Shown one piece after another: positions 8,256 to 17,847 of a DNA stretch of 64,000 nucleotides (the stretch's first letter is position 1; each line of letters begins with the position of its first letter). The notes beneath the pieces were generated by a model that worked only from the letters and a program-made list of their open reading frames with translations, had not been told where the DNA came from and searched no databases. The stretch comes from an uncultured virus (IMG/VR IMGVR_UViG_3300044959_000200) (taxonomy: Duplodnaviria; Heunggongvirae; Uroviricota; Caudoviricetes): positions 1 to 64,000 of the IMG/VR virus record IMGVR_UViG_3300044959_000200; one strand, given 5' to 3'. Both the position numbers and the translations under genes were made by a program.

Positions 8256-8807
8256 TTATTTGTTTTCACGGTGTGATTTGTTTGGGCCTTTGAATTTATT
8301 TTGTTTGTAGTGTTTTACTTTTCGCTTTGGTGGCAGTTTACCAGTGCGGTTAAAGTATTTCATCATGTGCTGGATCCAGCCGGCTATATTCAGTGCGCGA
8401 ACTTCTTTTGCTGTAGCTACGATAGCGCCGCCACTGAATTCGTCATTTCGCAATTTGTCGATAGTTGGAGACCAACTTATTGCCCAGATGGCTGTTGGTC
8501 GAAACGTTTTTAAGAATGCGCGTGCTAATTGACCCGCTGCCCAGGGATTGCCGTAGGCTTTAGAGTAGATATGTAGGCAGTTCTTGTTTTCTTCGTCGTA
8601 GTCAAAGTAGTACTGGAAGTTTGGGGCGAGGTAGGGGTCATTTTTATTTCGCCAGGGTTCATCGGCGATCAGCTTTTTGATCGTTTCTTCATTTTTGTCG
8701 CCAGCTAGTTGGACTGACACGTCACGGAGCGCATGCAATAACCAGCGCTCTTCATCAGCTGTAAGATGCGTGAATTTACCGGCGAATTGAGCGTAGTTGA
8801 TTATCAT
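8256..8807 (-). CDS. Hypothetical protein
   Basis: 183 aa ORF. Confidence 0.8.
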   Translation of the reverse strand: MIINYAQFAGKFTHLTADEERWLLHALRDVSVQLAGDKNEETIKKLIADEPWRNKNDPYLAPNFQYYFDYDEENKNCLHIYSKAYGNPWAAGQLARAFLKTFRPTAIWAISWSPTIDKLRNDEFSGGAIVATAKEVRALNIAGWIQHMMKYFNRTGKLPPKRKVKHYKQNKFKGPNKSHRENK

Positions 8808-8851
8808 GGTTTGTTTTACTTCTTATGGTGAATGGGTTGAGTAGTATATCC

Positions 8852-9583
8852 CTAGGAAGCCAGTATCTTTGGACCGAACCATCGAACCATGTCAGCTTCA
8901 AATACTGGCATAAGTCGTGGCAAACGCTCTTTTAGCCATGGGGTGATGGTGGCATCCACAGCTATTTCGCATTGGCGAACCCAGTTTCGGTGCCGTTGTC
9001 GTACAACCTTTGGTTCGTTGTATGGGTCGTTACTATCGGGCTCGCGAGGCATTTCGGGTACTGCTGGAAGCGTGTCGTTGTCGAGGGCTCCAAAGACGAT
9101 CGTTGCTTTGAAGTGATCGAGGGCTACTGGTTCATCTTTTGAGTCCCACCACCAATCGACAGGTGGTGGGAGCACTTTTATATGGCGTAGGTACTTTTTG
9201 TACCAGAAAAGGCTGTTGGCAATGTAATGTGGTGGTCCGTCTTTCACGTTGAACATGTGCCACCGCAATAGTGATGGGACGATTGCGTCGCGTTCGTTGA
9301 GAAGTCCGCGTTTTTCGAGCGCTACGAGTAAGTCGTGGAGACACCCAGCGGATTCTAGACATCGTTGTCCTTGAATCCACGTTGCGCCTTTTATTGTGAA
9401 GTACGCAGGTTGAAGGTCGTTGTCGCTTGGTTTATAGAGGCGGACTTCCCACCGTACTCGAAGCTTTCGTTGACCGGATGCGAGATCTTCTGGAACAGGG
9501 TATGTTGCTGTATAGGTAGTCTTGCTGATGTCGCGAACTGGCATTGTGATTTTTACCCAGCCTTTGAATAGGTAGAGGCGCAC
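8852..9583 (-). CDS. Hypothetical protein
   Basis: 243 aa ORF. Confidence 0.8.
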   Translation of the reverse strand: MRLYLFKGWVKITMPVRDISKTTYTATYPVPEDLASGQRKLRVRWEVRLYKPSDNDLQPAYFTIKGATWIQGQRCLESAGCLHDLLVALEKRGLLNERDAIVPSLLRWHMFNVKDGPPHYIANSLFWYKKYLRHIKVLPPPVDWWWDSKDEPVALDHFKATIVFGALDNDTLPAVPEMPREPDSNDPYNEPKVVRQRHRNWVRQCEIAVDATITPWLKERLPRLMPVFEADMVRWFGPKILAS

Positions 9584-9619
9584 GATTACTTGTCGAAGAT
9601 TTCGACAGGCTTCGATTCT

Positions 9620-10252
9620 TTACGCGCGAGGCATTGCGACGTAAACATCGCAGACTTCATACGGCTCTTCGCGCATTACTATGCCGGTGATAATGATTGC
9701 TGTACCAAATGGCCCTGTTTCGTAGTAAATACCGTCAATTTCTGCTGTGCCTCCGGGTGTGTCAGGAATAGTTGCTGTGCCTGTAATTGGCCGATAGACC
9801 ATTGGCATCCCGCACCCAGGACAGTACGACGCCGAAAGCGTCGTTAGTAATACGCGACGGCATTTTTCACAGTGCGCTTCGCGCAATGGCAATGGGGATT
9901 TAAGTTTTCCATGAGGATTTTTTGGTGTGTGTTGTGTTGTTTTTGAGTCACTGTTTTTGGGTGAAGAGTGTGCGGTTTTTGGTTCGTTGTTCTTGGATAC
10001 CTCCTTCGTACTTCGCTTAGGGGATGGTATATCGATGTTTGGTGGCAACCAATCGACTGCGTCAGGCGATCCGTGCTTGGCGCATGCGTAGTTTGCTACA
10101 TGCCCAGTAGACGTGAGTTGGGCATGATTGACTTTGCCACGTTTGCATTGGTGGCATGTTTGGGTTACTTCACATGGGCAGATACGCCGAATTAGGTTGT
10201 CGTCTTGATCTCTAATTAATTTGTACTCTGTGCCGCACTTGTCGCACTTCAT
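9620..10252 (-). CDS. Multi-zinc-finger protein
   Basis: CDKC, CPC, CHQC, CAKH, CEKC, CPGC. Confidence 0.75.
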   Translation of the reverse strand: MKCDKCGTEYKLIRDQDDNLIRRICPCEVTQTCHQCKRGKVNHAQLTSTGHVANYACAKHGSPDAVDWLPPNIDIPSPKRSTKEVSKNNEPKTAHSSPKNSDSKTTQHTPKNPHGKLKSPLPLREAHCEKCRRVLLTTLSASYCPGCGMPMVYRPITGTATIPDTPGGTAEIDGIYYETGPFGTAIIITGIVMREEPYEVCDVYVAMPRA

Positions 10253-10283
10253 GTGTGTTCTTTACGGCGTACATAGTTGTTGG

Positions 10284-11138
10284 TTAGACTTTGATGTACT
10301 TCGACGTAGCGCTGATGCTTCCGTCTTGCAGTGTTTCAAATGAGAAGTCTGCAAACAGTTCTGGCACAGTGTTCTGAAGCACCTTGAGCACTGGCACCAT
10401 TGCGCGACGTATTGCTACGTCTGCGGATTTTGCGCAGCGCATGAAGAGAACGTGGCGCCATGCGCGAACGTTGCCTGTGATCACGATCGGTGCTTCTACC
10501 CAGTTAGGCAGCACACGGCGCGCCGCACTTAGGAGTCGCTTTCGCCACTCCGTATTTGATTCTCCGTCTAGCTGAGGGTACTTGGTTCGGTATGCTTCAA
10601 TCCAGCGCCTATAGCGGTATAGGTCGTACGCCATGTCCTCTAGGGCGTCATGGACAAGTTCTGGATCGTTTTGAATGTCGTACGGTAAACAGAAGCGCAG
10701 CTTATCTTCGCCTACGTATCGTTGAGACACTTGTGAGTAGGCCATGCCAGCGCGGTGCCGTACAATCTCGTGAGTGACGGCGCGATCGACACCCCATATC
10801 AAGAATGTGTAGTTTGCGTGTTCTAGGATGGAGCCATGACCTTGTGTCATGATGCGCGTGAAGTATTTGTCAGCTTCAGCGTGCGGGGTGTGCAGTTGGC
10901 CTAGCGAGAGGTAGCAGATCTGGCCGGAGAATTTTGACAGCAAACCTCCATCGCTGATTAAGCTTCGTTCTAGCGCGTCCACTGATTCTTCGTAGTAAGC
11001 GTCGAAACCGTAGTCGTTGAGAAAAGGTTTTATTTCCTCAACGTTCACGCGTGTTTCAGCGATCATGGACACGCTCGGTGCGGTTGAGTAACGCACTCCG
11101 TTAGGAGCTTTGATAGTGGGGTATGTGATGCTTTTCAT
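10284..11138 (-). CDS. thyX: Flavin-dependent thymidylate synthase
   Basis: GHGSILEH, RHRx7S signature (RHRAGMAYSQVSQRY), GNVRAWRH. Confidence 0.95.
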   Translation of the reverse strand: MKSITYPTIKAPNGVRYSTAPSVSMIAETRVNVEEIKPFLNDYGFDAYYEESVDALERSLISDGGLLSKFSGQICYLSLGQLHTPHAEADKYFTRIMTQGHGSILEHANYTFLIWGVDRAVTHEIVRHRAGMAYSQVSQRYVGEDKLRFCLPYDIQNDPELVHDALEDMAYDLYRYRRWIEAYRTKYPQLDGESNTEWRKRLLSAARRVLPNWVEAPIVITGNVRAWRHVLFMRCAKSADVAIRRAMVPVLKVLQNTVPELFADFSFETLQDGSISATSKYIKV

Positions 11139-11165
11139 GGTTTGTTGAATCCTTTGAAATGGTGT

Positions 11166-11624
11166 TTAGACAAACGGTTCTTTGCAGACGCAACACCGCA
11201 AGTCTTCATCTTTGATTGAGTACAGAGCTTTCAGTGTGATGAGTTCGGGGTGCTTATCAAAGCACGCTCCAGGATGGACAAGGGCGTAGTCTCGAAGGAC
11301 GTATGCAACAGGCGCAGGGAATTTGACGCCGTATACGGCAGTACGTATCAAATTGATTTCGTGTGCGAAGCGCTCGCTCAAAGTGTGTCGGACGGATGCT
11401 TTGTCGAATTTGCCTACGACACGAAGTGCGGAAGGATTGTTTGGTCGGATAACGGCGTATTGTCCTGTTGCAAGGGGACGCACTTGATAAAACGATTTCT
11501 CATTGATTGTGACTGTCTCCCCGTTCAGGACCACAGTCATCGTATCCGAATTTGAAAACCAGCTGCGAAACCTTTTGGGTATTTCTACGGACACTTTTGT
11601 CGGAGGAAACGGAAACGACAGCAT
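11166..11624 (-). CDS. Hypothetical protein with C-terminal Cys/His cluster
   Basis: GAGGA RBS before ATG 11624. Confidence 0.65.
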   Translation of the reverse strand: MLSFPFPPTKVSVEIPKRFRSWFSNSDTMTVVLNGETVTINEKSFYQVRPLATGQYAVIRPNNPSALRVVGKFDKASVRHTLSERFAHEINLIRTAVYGVKFPAPVAYVLRDYALVHPGACFDKHPELITLKALYSIKDEDLRCCVCKEPFV

Positions 11625-11895
11625 GTGTTTTCCTCGGCGGTAAAGGTTTGCGTGGTTCAAACTGTTCATCTCGTTCGACGATGGCTACCCAGCTCCACGA
11701 GCCTTCTCCGAAAGCGTTGAGCTCGATGATTCGATACAGGCATTGGTGTTGTGGTTGTCCAACCACCACCCGTAGCCAGTCCCCCAAAAAGACACGGGGC
11801 CCGGTGCCCCGTATCACACCGTCGGTGCCGTTGACATCGACTTCGTGATGCGGAGCGTCGGGCCCTGTTAAATCATGTATGACATATCGTGGCAT
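11500..11895 (-). CDS. Hypothetical protein
   Basis: 131 aa ORF whose 3' part overlaps the next gene. Confidence 0.55.
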   Translation of the reverse strand: MPRYVIHDLTGPDAPHHEVDVNGTDGVIRGTGPRVFLGDWLRVVVGQPQHQCLYRIIELNAFGEGSWSWVAIVERDEQFEPRKPLPPRKTHAVVSVSSDKSVRRNTQKVSQLVFKFGYDDCGPERGDSHNQ

Positions 11896-11917
11896 GGCAG
11901 AGTTAACTCTGCCATAC

Positions 11918-12271
11918 TTACCTATCTAGGTAAAGTCTTTTTTGTTTACGGCGTGAAGGCCAGTGTTCAGGATGTTGTACTAACCATGCTTCATCATAAG
12001 GAGGTAGTCGTCCCCGTAGTTGGAACAACTTTACGTATGAGTCGGAGTCAAGTTCAAGTACTTTTGCAAGCTTGTCTAGGCGTTTGGGACTGATTGCGCG
12101 TTTCCCACGTTCCAGATCACTCAGATACGGTACTGATACTCCTGCACTTTTAGCGACTTCGCTGAGTACTTTTTCTCGTTGTTGTCGTGCTTCTCGTAAC
12201 AGTTTACCAAGCGCCACGCGGCGCATTTTCGCGTCGTCGGGGAGCCCTTCCCGTTCGGCGCGTTTGTTCAT
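11918..12271 (-). CDS. XRE-family helix-turn-helix regulator
   Basis: LGKLLREAR...LSEVAKSAGVSVPYLSDLERGKR. Confidence 0.9.
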   Translation of the reverse strand: MNKRAEREGLPDDAKMRRVALGKLLREARQQREKVLSEVAKSAGVSVPYLSDLERGKRAISPKRLDKLAKVLELDSDSYVKLFQLRGRLPPYDEAWLVQHPEHWPSRRKQKRLYLDR

Positions 12272-12633
12272 GGTCGCTCCTTGTATGAGAACTGTCCGTT
12301 ATAGAATGCTTCCCAGTCTTCGAACGAAAGAAACTCAGGTTCAGGTACTCCGTCGAGGCGCCACCATCCGCCTGCCATTTCAGATAGCTGATGCAGTTCG
12401 CCGACTTCTTCTTCAGTAAGTCTTTCAGGGCCGTTTATAATGGCATACCAAAGAGCGTAATCTAGTCCTGGCGCATTTTCAGTTTGAAGGTACTTTACGC
12501 CAAGGTAACGCATGTAATCTAATAGACGCTCACTTGCGAGGCTACGCACAAGGTCAACAAGTTTGCGTACAATTTCGTCGTCGTGAGCTTCGAGTTTAAG
12601 TAGCTCGTCGTTGTTAAAGTAATGGTTTCGCAT
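12268..12633 (-). CDS. Hypothetical protein
   Basis: 121 aa ORF, ATGA-coupled to the XRE gene. Confidence 0.8.
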   Translation of the reverse strand: MRNHYFNNDELLKLEAHDDEIVRKLVDLVRSLASERLLDYMRYLGVKYLQTENAPGLDYALWYAIINGPERLTEEEVGELHQLSEMAGGWWRLDGVPEPEFLSFEDWEAFYNGQFSYKERP

Positions 12634-12676
12634 TACTCAAAAATAACATACGTCAGAGACTGCGTCTAAACGTAGA

Positions 12677-13048
12677 TTATTTAGTGTTGTGCTCTTGTCT
12701 TTGTGTGTCTGAGCGTCTAGTGAGTGCAGCGGCAACTTGTTCTTGATTTACAGGGCGCCGTTCAGTAGTTGTCGGAGCGACCGCTTGTACTTCGATTTCA
12801 TTGTTCATGTATTTTACTCGTTCAGCGGTCAGTTCATCAATTTGTGCTTGAAGTGCTGCAATATGTGCATCAATGGCAGCGCATCTTGCAGCGCAAGCGT
12901 CCTCAAGGGAGGTGTAAAGATTACGCCGTGAAACAGGGTTGACGAGCAACCCTGGCAAAACAAGCGCTTCTTTTTCAGCGTCTTCGTCACTTACGGTGAA
13001 TTCTTTGATGCCGTTACGTCCGTCAATGTAATAAAGCTTGGTGGCCAT
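12677..13048 (-). CDS. Hypothetical coiled-coil protein
   Basis: 123 aa ORF with heptads IDAHIAALQAQIDEL. Confidence 0.75.
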   Translation of the reverse strand: MATKLYYIDGRNGIKEFTVSDEDAEKEALVLPGLLVNPVSRRNLYTSLEDACAARCAAIDAHIAALQAQIDELTAERVKYMNNEIEVQAVAPTTTERRPVNQEQVAAALTRRSDTQRQEHNTK

Positions 13049-13110
13049 ACCGGAAGTCTAATGAGGACTTCCGGTATGGCCAAGGGTTCTTTACGTCGTT
13101 GAATTAGAGA

Positions 13111-14121
13111 TCAGTCTACGTTGCCGCCTGCACGCCAGCTATTGGCTGCACGGTTTTTTACTACTTTGAACCAGGTTTTGCCGTTGCCAAGTTTGAGCGT
13201 GCTGTGATCGACGTCATATAGCATTCCACTAACGTATACACCATCGTCGCACACCATTCGCGTTGCGCGATGTCGGTTGTGCCGACGGTATATTAATCCG
13301 TCTACCCCTTGCATGTACTCAAACTGTATTTTAGCGTTGTCCGATAATATTGGAACTCCCTTTTTGTATTCTTTAATGTTGCTTTTTGAAATTTCTTGCC
13401 AATTTTTTATGATTTGATCTGCTTTGAATTTCTTTTCTGGCATTGGAACCAGAAACCACTCGCCCTGTCGCAGTGCATCTTTAGGCACATCTTTCGGACA
13501 CAATAATGCGAGTGCCTCGTCGACGGTTGTGGGATCAGGGCGAGCGCTTGGCAGTTGCACTAGGAAGAAATTGCGACGTTCAGGGTCGTCGTTCCGGTCC
13601 AGTCCGGATACATAATAGACGTAGCTTGTAAAGTATTTGTTTTTAGTGCTGTCCCACGTCTCTCGTTTTATGCGAAACAGCGTTTCGCCAAGGAAATGCT
13701 TTTTTTGCAGATGTTTATGCGGAGTGCCGGTTTGAGCACACTTTTTGTTTCGACAGGGAACAAGCGTTTCAATTTCACGATCTGGAGTGACGTCTACGAG
13801 TATGACGTCGTCTGGAATAAGCCCTGCTGCACGAAGTGCTGAGTAGGGAATGTACGCGACTTTTGACAGTCCGTGTCGCTTGATTGCTTCACGGAGTTCT
13901 TTTTGTTGTTCTCTGGTTGTCTTCGATGGACCTTCGTCCGCGTTGACGAGCAGTATGCCGTTTGGTAACCAGCGAGCAAGTTGTATAACTTCGTATGACC
14001 AGAGTACGCCGTATTCGTCATATGAGAAGCGCGCTCGGTCAGAGAGTTTTGAGAGTAAGCGCGTATTGAGTGGTTTCCCTAAAACATAATCGTTGGCGAT
14101 CGCGCTGTTGAGTTTGCTCAT
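13111..14121 (-). CDS. Hypothetical protein
   Basis: 336 aa ORF, GAGGA RBS. Confidence 0.85.
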   Translation of the reverse strand: MSKLNSAIANDYVLGKPLNTRLLSKLSDRARFSYDEYGVLWSYEVIQLARWLPNGILLVNADEGPSKTTREQQKELREAIKRHGLSKVAYIPYSALRAAGLIPDDVILVDVTPDREIETLVPCRNKKCAQTGTPHKHLQKKHFLGETLFRIKRETWDSTKNKYFTSYVYYVSGLDRNDDPERRNFFLVQLPSARPDPTTVDEALALLCPKDVPKDALRQGEWFLVPMPEKKFKADQIIKNWQEISKSNIKEYKKGVPILSDNAKIQFEYMQGVDGLIYRRHNRHRATRMVCDDGVYVSGMLYDVDHSTLKLGNGKTWFKVVKNRAANSWRAGGNVD

Positions 14122-14675
14122 GGCAATGATTCCTCGTTGTCGTTGTTGTCGTCAACGTCACGGTACTCAACGGCAAGCAGATATGCTCCGTCGCCCTCGC
14201 TTGGCTCTAAAGTCAGGCCTACAGCGTTGAGCGCGGTTTCTGCCGCTTTGTACCATTTTTCGTCATCCCACGCTTCATGGGAGCCCAGTCCCATGCAACG
14301 CGGGCACTTTCCATCTCCGCGCGCGACAAGTGCGTTGAGGCGCTCTGATGCTGCGCGGATATGAGCGGGCCAGTTGAGTGCTGGACCATATTGAGAGATC
14401 CATCGTTGGCGTTGTCGCCGGTTACGATTTTCCCATTTTATGCGTACGCGTCGTTTTACGCGACAGCGCACTTTACCTGTGCCCTTGCAGTTAGGGCAGA
14501 CGTTGAGGTTGTCGCACGCAAATGGTGCGTAATATTTGCCGCTCGGTGTAAGGGTTGTAACAGAGCCTAGGATTATCGAGCGGCGTTCTTGTCCTGGCTC
14601 GTCTAATATCCACCTTTCACGGTTTACGAGTTTTCGTACAATTTGTGGGTCAAATCCGAGTTTGATCTTAGCCAT
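14118..14675 (-). CDS. Protein with DnaJ-type CxxCxGxG zinc finger
   Basis: CPNCKGTG and CPRCMGLG. Confidence 0.75.
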   Translation of the reverse strand: MAKIKLGFDPQIVRKLVNRERWILDEPGQERRSIILGSVTTLTPSGKYYAPFACDNLNVCPNCKGTGKVRCRVKRRVRIKWENRNRRQRQRWISQYGPALNWPAHIRAASERLNALVARGDGKCPRCMGLGSHEAWDDEKWYKAAETALNAVGLTLEPSEGDGAYLLAVEYRDVDDNNDNEESLP

Positions 14676-14715
14676 GGTTACCTATTAGGGGTTAGAGTTG
14701 AGATGAATATGGAAC

Positions 14716-15096
14716 TCAGGCTGCGACTTTTTTGAGTTGTCGTTCAAATAGGTCGAGTGCAGCGATCAGTGCGCCGGTGCCGGCTTTTTTGCCGATGGCG
14801 TACAGTGTGTTGCTTGCCTTCGCTGCTAATACGAGTTGCTCACTTTGAGCATGTGAAACCAGTTCATTGAGAATGATCATGGCTACGTAGCGACCGTTAC
14901 GCAGCTGTCGGCATGCATTTGCGCATTCGACGTCGCCTGAGCCATTTCTTTCATTAGAAATCCATTCGAACTTTAGCCCTGTGCGACGTTCTATTGCGTT
15001 TTGTTTCTTAGGTATCGCAAACCCCCCGAACAACATGATTGGACGACCGTCTTGTTTGAGACTGGTGTATGTATCAGTAGTTTTCGGCAACAACAT
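14716..15096 (-). CDS. DUF2325-like small alpha/beta protein
   Basis: IMLFGG ... IILNELVSH pattern; GAGGA RBS before ATG 15096. Confidence 0.55.
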   Translation of the reverse strand: MLLPKTTDTYTSLKQDGRPIMLFGGFAIPKKQNAIERRTGLKFEWISNERNGSGDVECANACRQLRNGRYVAMIILNELVSHAQSEQLVLAAKASNTLYAIGKKAGTGALIAALDLFERQLKKVAA

Positions 15097-15110
15097 GATA
15101 ACTTCCTCAC

Positions 15111-15171
15111 AAAAAAACTCCTCCCTTGTTCTCTGCGATCGCTGTGGCAATCACAGGGAACAAGGGAGGAG
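15111..15171 (-). terminator. Intrinsic terminator after the helicase gene
   Basis: 14-bp stem 15118-15131 / 15158-15171 followed by T7 on the minus strand. Confidence 0.8.
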
Positions 15172-15212
15172 CACAGACAACAGTATCCTCCCCCTTTTAC
15201 CTCAATTTGTTT

Positions 15213-16709
15213 TTACTTTATTACTGCGTCGTTTTCGAACGCTTTGAGTTGCTCTAATGCGATGCTCTTTGGAACTACGCCGTCTGCACGCGGAATTTGT
15301 ACGAGATATAGTTCTCGTTGTGCGCGTGTTACGGCTACATAATATAGATTTTCACCTTCAGTAGAGTCCACACGGAATGTGGATTCAAACATCCACACGC
15401 GTTCGAATTCGAGGCCTTTTGCTTTGTGGACTGTCATGAAGGGGATAATCCCTTTGTCAGCGACGCTTTCGTCGTCATCAAATAGTTCTGCAACTTTACG
15501 ACGTAGTGTTTCGACGCTATTAGTGTCTTCGCTGATAGCCCGTAGCGCTTCTAAATTGTCTTTTAGTTCTTCAGCTTTGTCGTCTTTGCCCGCTGCGATC
15601 AAGCGGTCGGATTCTTCGGCTACGTATTCACTTAGCTCTTCGAGAGCGACCCGCACATTGTTAGTGCGTGTGCGTGCTAGTAGTGCATCAAGTTTGGAGT
15701 TAAGATCGCGTCCGATAATGCGGGCGCGGCGCCCTTTTCCTAATAAGAGCATGCAATATTTCGAAAGCGCTGCGTTGGTACGACTGATTACTGCGTCGCC
15801 TTCAGTAACTTTCGTTAGGAATTCTTTTTCAGACACACATGCTACGGTACCTTCAATTGCGTTGGGTGCTGCTTCGAAGTCGTTCACGATGCGCCGTGCG
15901 AGGTTGACGACTGCACGCGGGCATCGGTACGTTACTGATAGTGGCAGCACGGTAGCGTTGAGGTCCGCTTGAAATTTTGCCAGCGCGTTTGCGTCTGCGC
16001 CTCGGAAAGCATAGATCGCTTGACGATCATCGCCGACAGCAAATATCCGTCCGGTCGCAGGCTTTACGGCGTTCATAACGATACGATATTGGCATGCGTT
16101 GAGATCTTGCGCTTCGTCGACGATAACGATGTCGTATGAGCCAGTAGTGAGATTGAATCGTGCGGGCAGATAGACTTGTTCGTCGAAGCTGATCGTCAGT
16201 GATGGACGTTCTGAAAAAGCTAGCGTTGCTTCTGTCCACTTGCGATACAAGTCTTCTTGTTTTGGATCTACTGGGCGCAGGTCATAGTAATACATAGTTT
16301 GCGTGATGCTTTCGGCATCTACTGCAAGATTTGCCATGCACATTGTGACGAGTTTTATTACGTCACTGCGTGCTTCTTTGTATTCATCCGGGATCAATCG
16401 TCGGACGAAGTCGCGTATCCTGTAGCGATCAACTTTTAGTTTTTGCCCCCGAAAACGTATCATTGCGCCAAAGCCAATTTGATTCAGACCTTTGACTTGT
16501 ACGTGGCGCAAGTTTTGTAACTTTTGTGATAGTTCGTCACGTATTTTGTTATTAAATGCGCAGACGAGGATTCGCGAACGTGACAAACGTCGGCACAGTT
16601 CTTTGATTGTAGTTGTTTTACCGCATCCGGCGCGTGCGATGACTACGAGGTGACCGCGCTCTTTTTCGCCGAAGCGAAAAATATCTTCTTGGTAACGACT
16701 CCAGACCAT
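15213..16709 (-). CDS. UvrD/Rep-like SF1 DNA helicase
   Basis: ARAGCGKTT, VDEAQD, VGDDRQAIYAFRGA, TYRCP, TVHKAKGLEF, YVAVTRA. Confidence 0.95.
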   Translation of the reverse strand: MVWSRYQEDIFRFGEKERGHLVVIARAGCGKTTTIKELCRRLSRSRILVCAFNNKIRDELSQKLQNLRHVQVKGLNQIGFGAMIRFRGQKLKVDRYRIRDFVRRLIPDEYKEARSDVIKLVTMCMANLAVDAESITQTMYYYDLRPVDPKQEDLYRKWTEATLAFSERPSLTISFDEQVYLPARFNLTTGSYDIVIVDEAQDLNACQYRIVMNAVKPATGRIFAVGDDRQAIYAFRGADANALAKFQADLNATVLPLSVTYRCPRAVVNLARRIVNDFEAAPNAIEGTVACVSEKEFLTKVTEGDAVISRTNAALSKYCMLLLGKGRRARIIGRDLNSKLDALLARTRTNNVRVALEELSEYVAEESDRLIAAGKDDKAEELKDNLEALRAISEDTNSVETLRRKVAELFDDDESVADKGIIPFMTVHKAKGLEFERVWMFESTFRVDSTEGENLYYVAVTRAQRELYLVQIPRADGVVPKSIALEQLKAFENDAVIK

Positions 16710-16712
16710 GTT

Positions 16713-17336
16713 TTAGCCCTCTTGTAGTAGTTCTAGTGCTGTGCTGGCGTCGGGTAGTTGGCGTATGACTGTGCTGAATGCAGTGTGTACATTCGTTCGA
16801 TTTGTGGGTGTGTCTTCACATATCAGTGAGAGCACAGCTGCGCACAATTCGACTATTTCGGTTAGGCGTACGGCTTCAGGGGTAGGCGCGTCTTTGAGTT
16901 TTTCGAGTTCAGCGCCAATGCGTGTTGCTAGGTCTATGATCTCAGGATCATCTTGTGTGATCCGTTCTGTACTGTTGGGGTTTTGTCCGATTTCAATAGC
17001 GCGTTTGAGTTGTGCATAAATGGCTTCGTAGACGCCTCCATGTAAATTCAAGTACTTGTACAGAAGTACGTGTGTTAGATCAGCCAATTTCCATGGCGCG
17101 TCATGTTCGATACGGTTATTTAAGACTAGTTGGACGAGCTGTTGTCCAAGCGAGATAATGCTCGGGACAATTTGCTGTAGATCGGCGTGTTGTTGGTAAA
17201 CTGTCGAACGCAACACATCCCAGTCTTCTTTGTCGAGCGCGTTGGCCATTGTGTCGAGATGACCAACGAGCATCTTGGCGTCGAATTGGATGTGTGCGAT
17301 TTTGCGGCGTAGATCTTCTTTTGTTTTCTTGTCCAT
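16713..17336 (-). CDS. Hypothetical helical protein
   Basis: 207 aa ORF. Confidence 0.8.
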   Translation of the reverse strand: MDKKTKEDLRRKIAHIQFDAKMLVGHLDTMANALDKEDWDVLRSTVYQQHADLQQIVPSIISLGQQLVQLVLNNRIEHDAPWKLADLTHVLLYKYLNLHGGVYEAIYAQLKRAIEIGQNPNSTERITQDDPEIIDLATRIGAELEKLKDAPTPEAVRLTEIVELCAAVLSLICEDTPTNRTNVHTAFSTVIRQLPDASTALELLQEG

Positions 17337-17424
17337 GTTTAAATAGTTGCGGGCGCCGAGACTGTTATCTCGGCGCCCGCATTGTATACAGAGCTAGAGG
17401 TGCGAAGTTAATTTTGAAAGTTTA

Positions 17425-17601
17425 CTAGACCTTTTCATCGAAGAGGCCCAGTTCACGGGCGATGTCCGGGTGAGCCTCTGTAAGCATACGAAGCTTCTTC
17501 ATTGTATACTTGTAATCCATATTAGCCATGTCTCGCATGGCTTTGTGATTCTTTGCTTCAGCGATCAGCGCTTGCATCTTGGCTTTGATTGCGTCAGTCA
17601 T
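17425..17601 (-). CDS. Small protein (58 aa, MTDAIKAKMQAL...), absent from the ORF track
   Basis: AAGGAGG RBS before ATG 17601; open to TAG at 17425. Confidence 0.75.
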   Translation of the reverse strand: MTDAIKAKMQALIAEAKNHKAMRDMANMDYKYTMKKLRMLTEAHPDIARELGLFDEKV

Positions 17602-17649
17602 GGCAGTGAATCCTCCTTTGTTTTTTGTTTACTACTGTGGGTAAAGAAG

Positions 17650-17847
17650 TCAAGGTTTAAGAACAGATTGGAGCCATACAATCACTTTGCGCTCCAAAGA
17701 CTGAAGTAAGATTTCTTCGTGCTCAGGGAAGTGCCCTTCTTCGTTGCGATGTGTACGCATCGCTTCGTCGTATACGCGGTAAGCTTCGACTACTTCGCGG
17801 AACTTAGCAAGCGACACGCGTCCAGGCGTTATTTTTATTTCTGCCAT
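17650..17847 (-). CDS. Hypothetical protein (MAEIKITP...)
   Basis: AAGGGA RBS-like before ATG 17847. Confidence 0.6.
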   Translation of the reverse strand: MAEIKITPGRVSLAKFREVVEAYRVYDEAMRTHRNEEGHFPEHEEILLQSLERKVIVWLQSVLKP

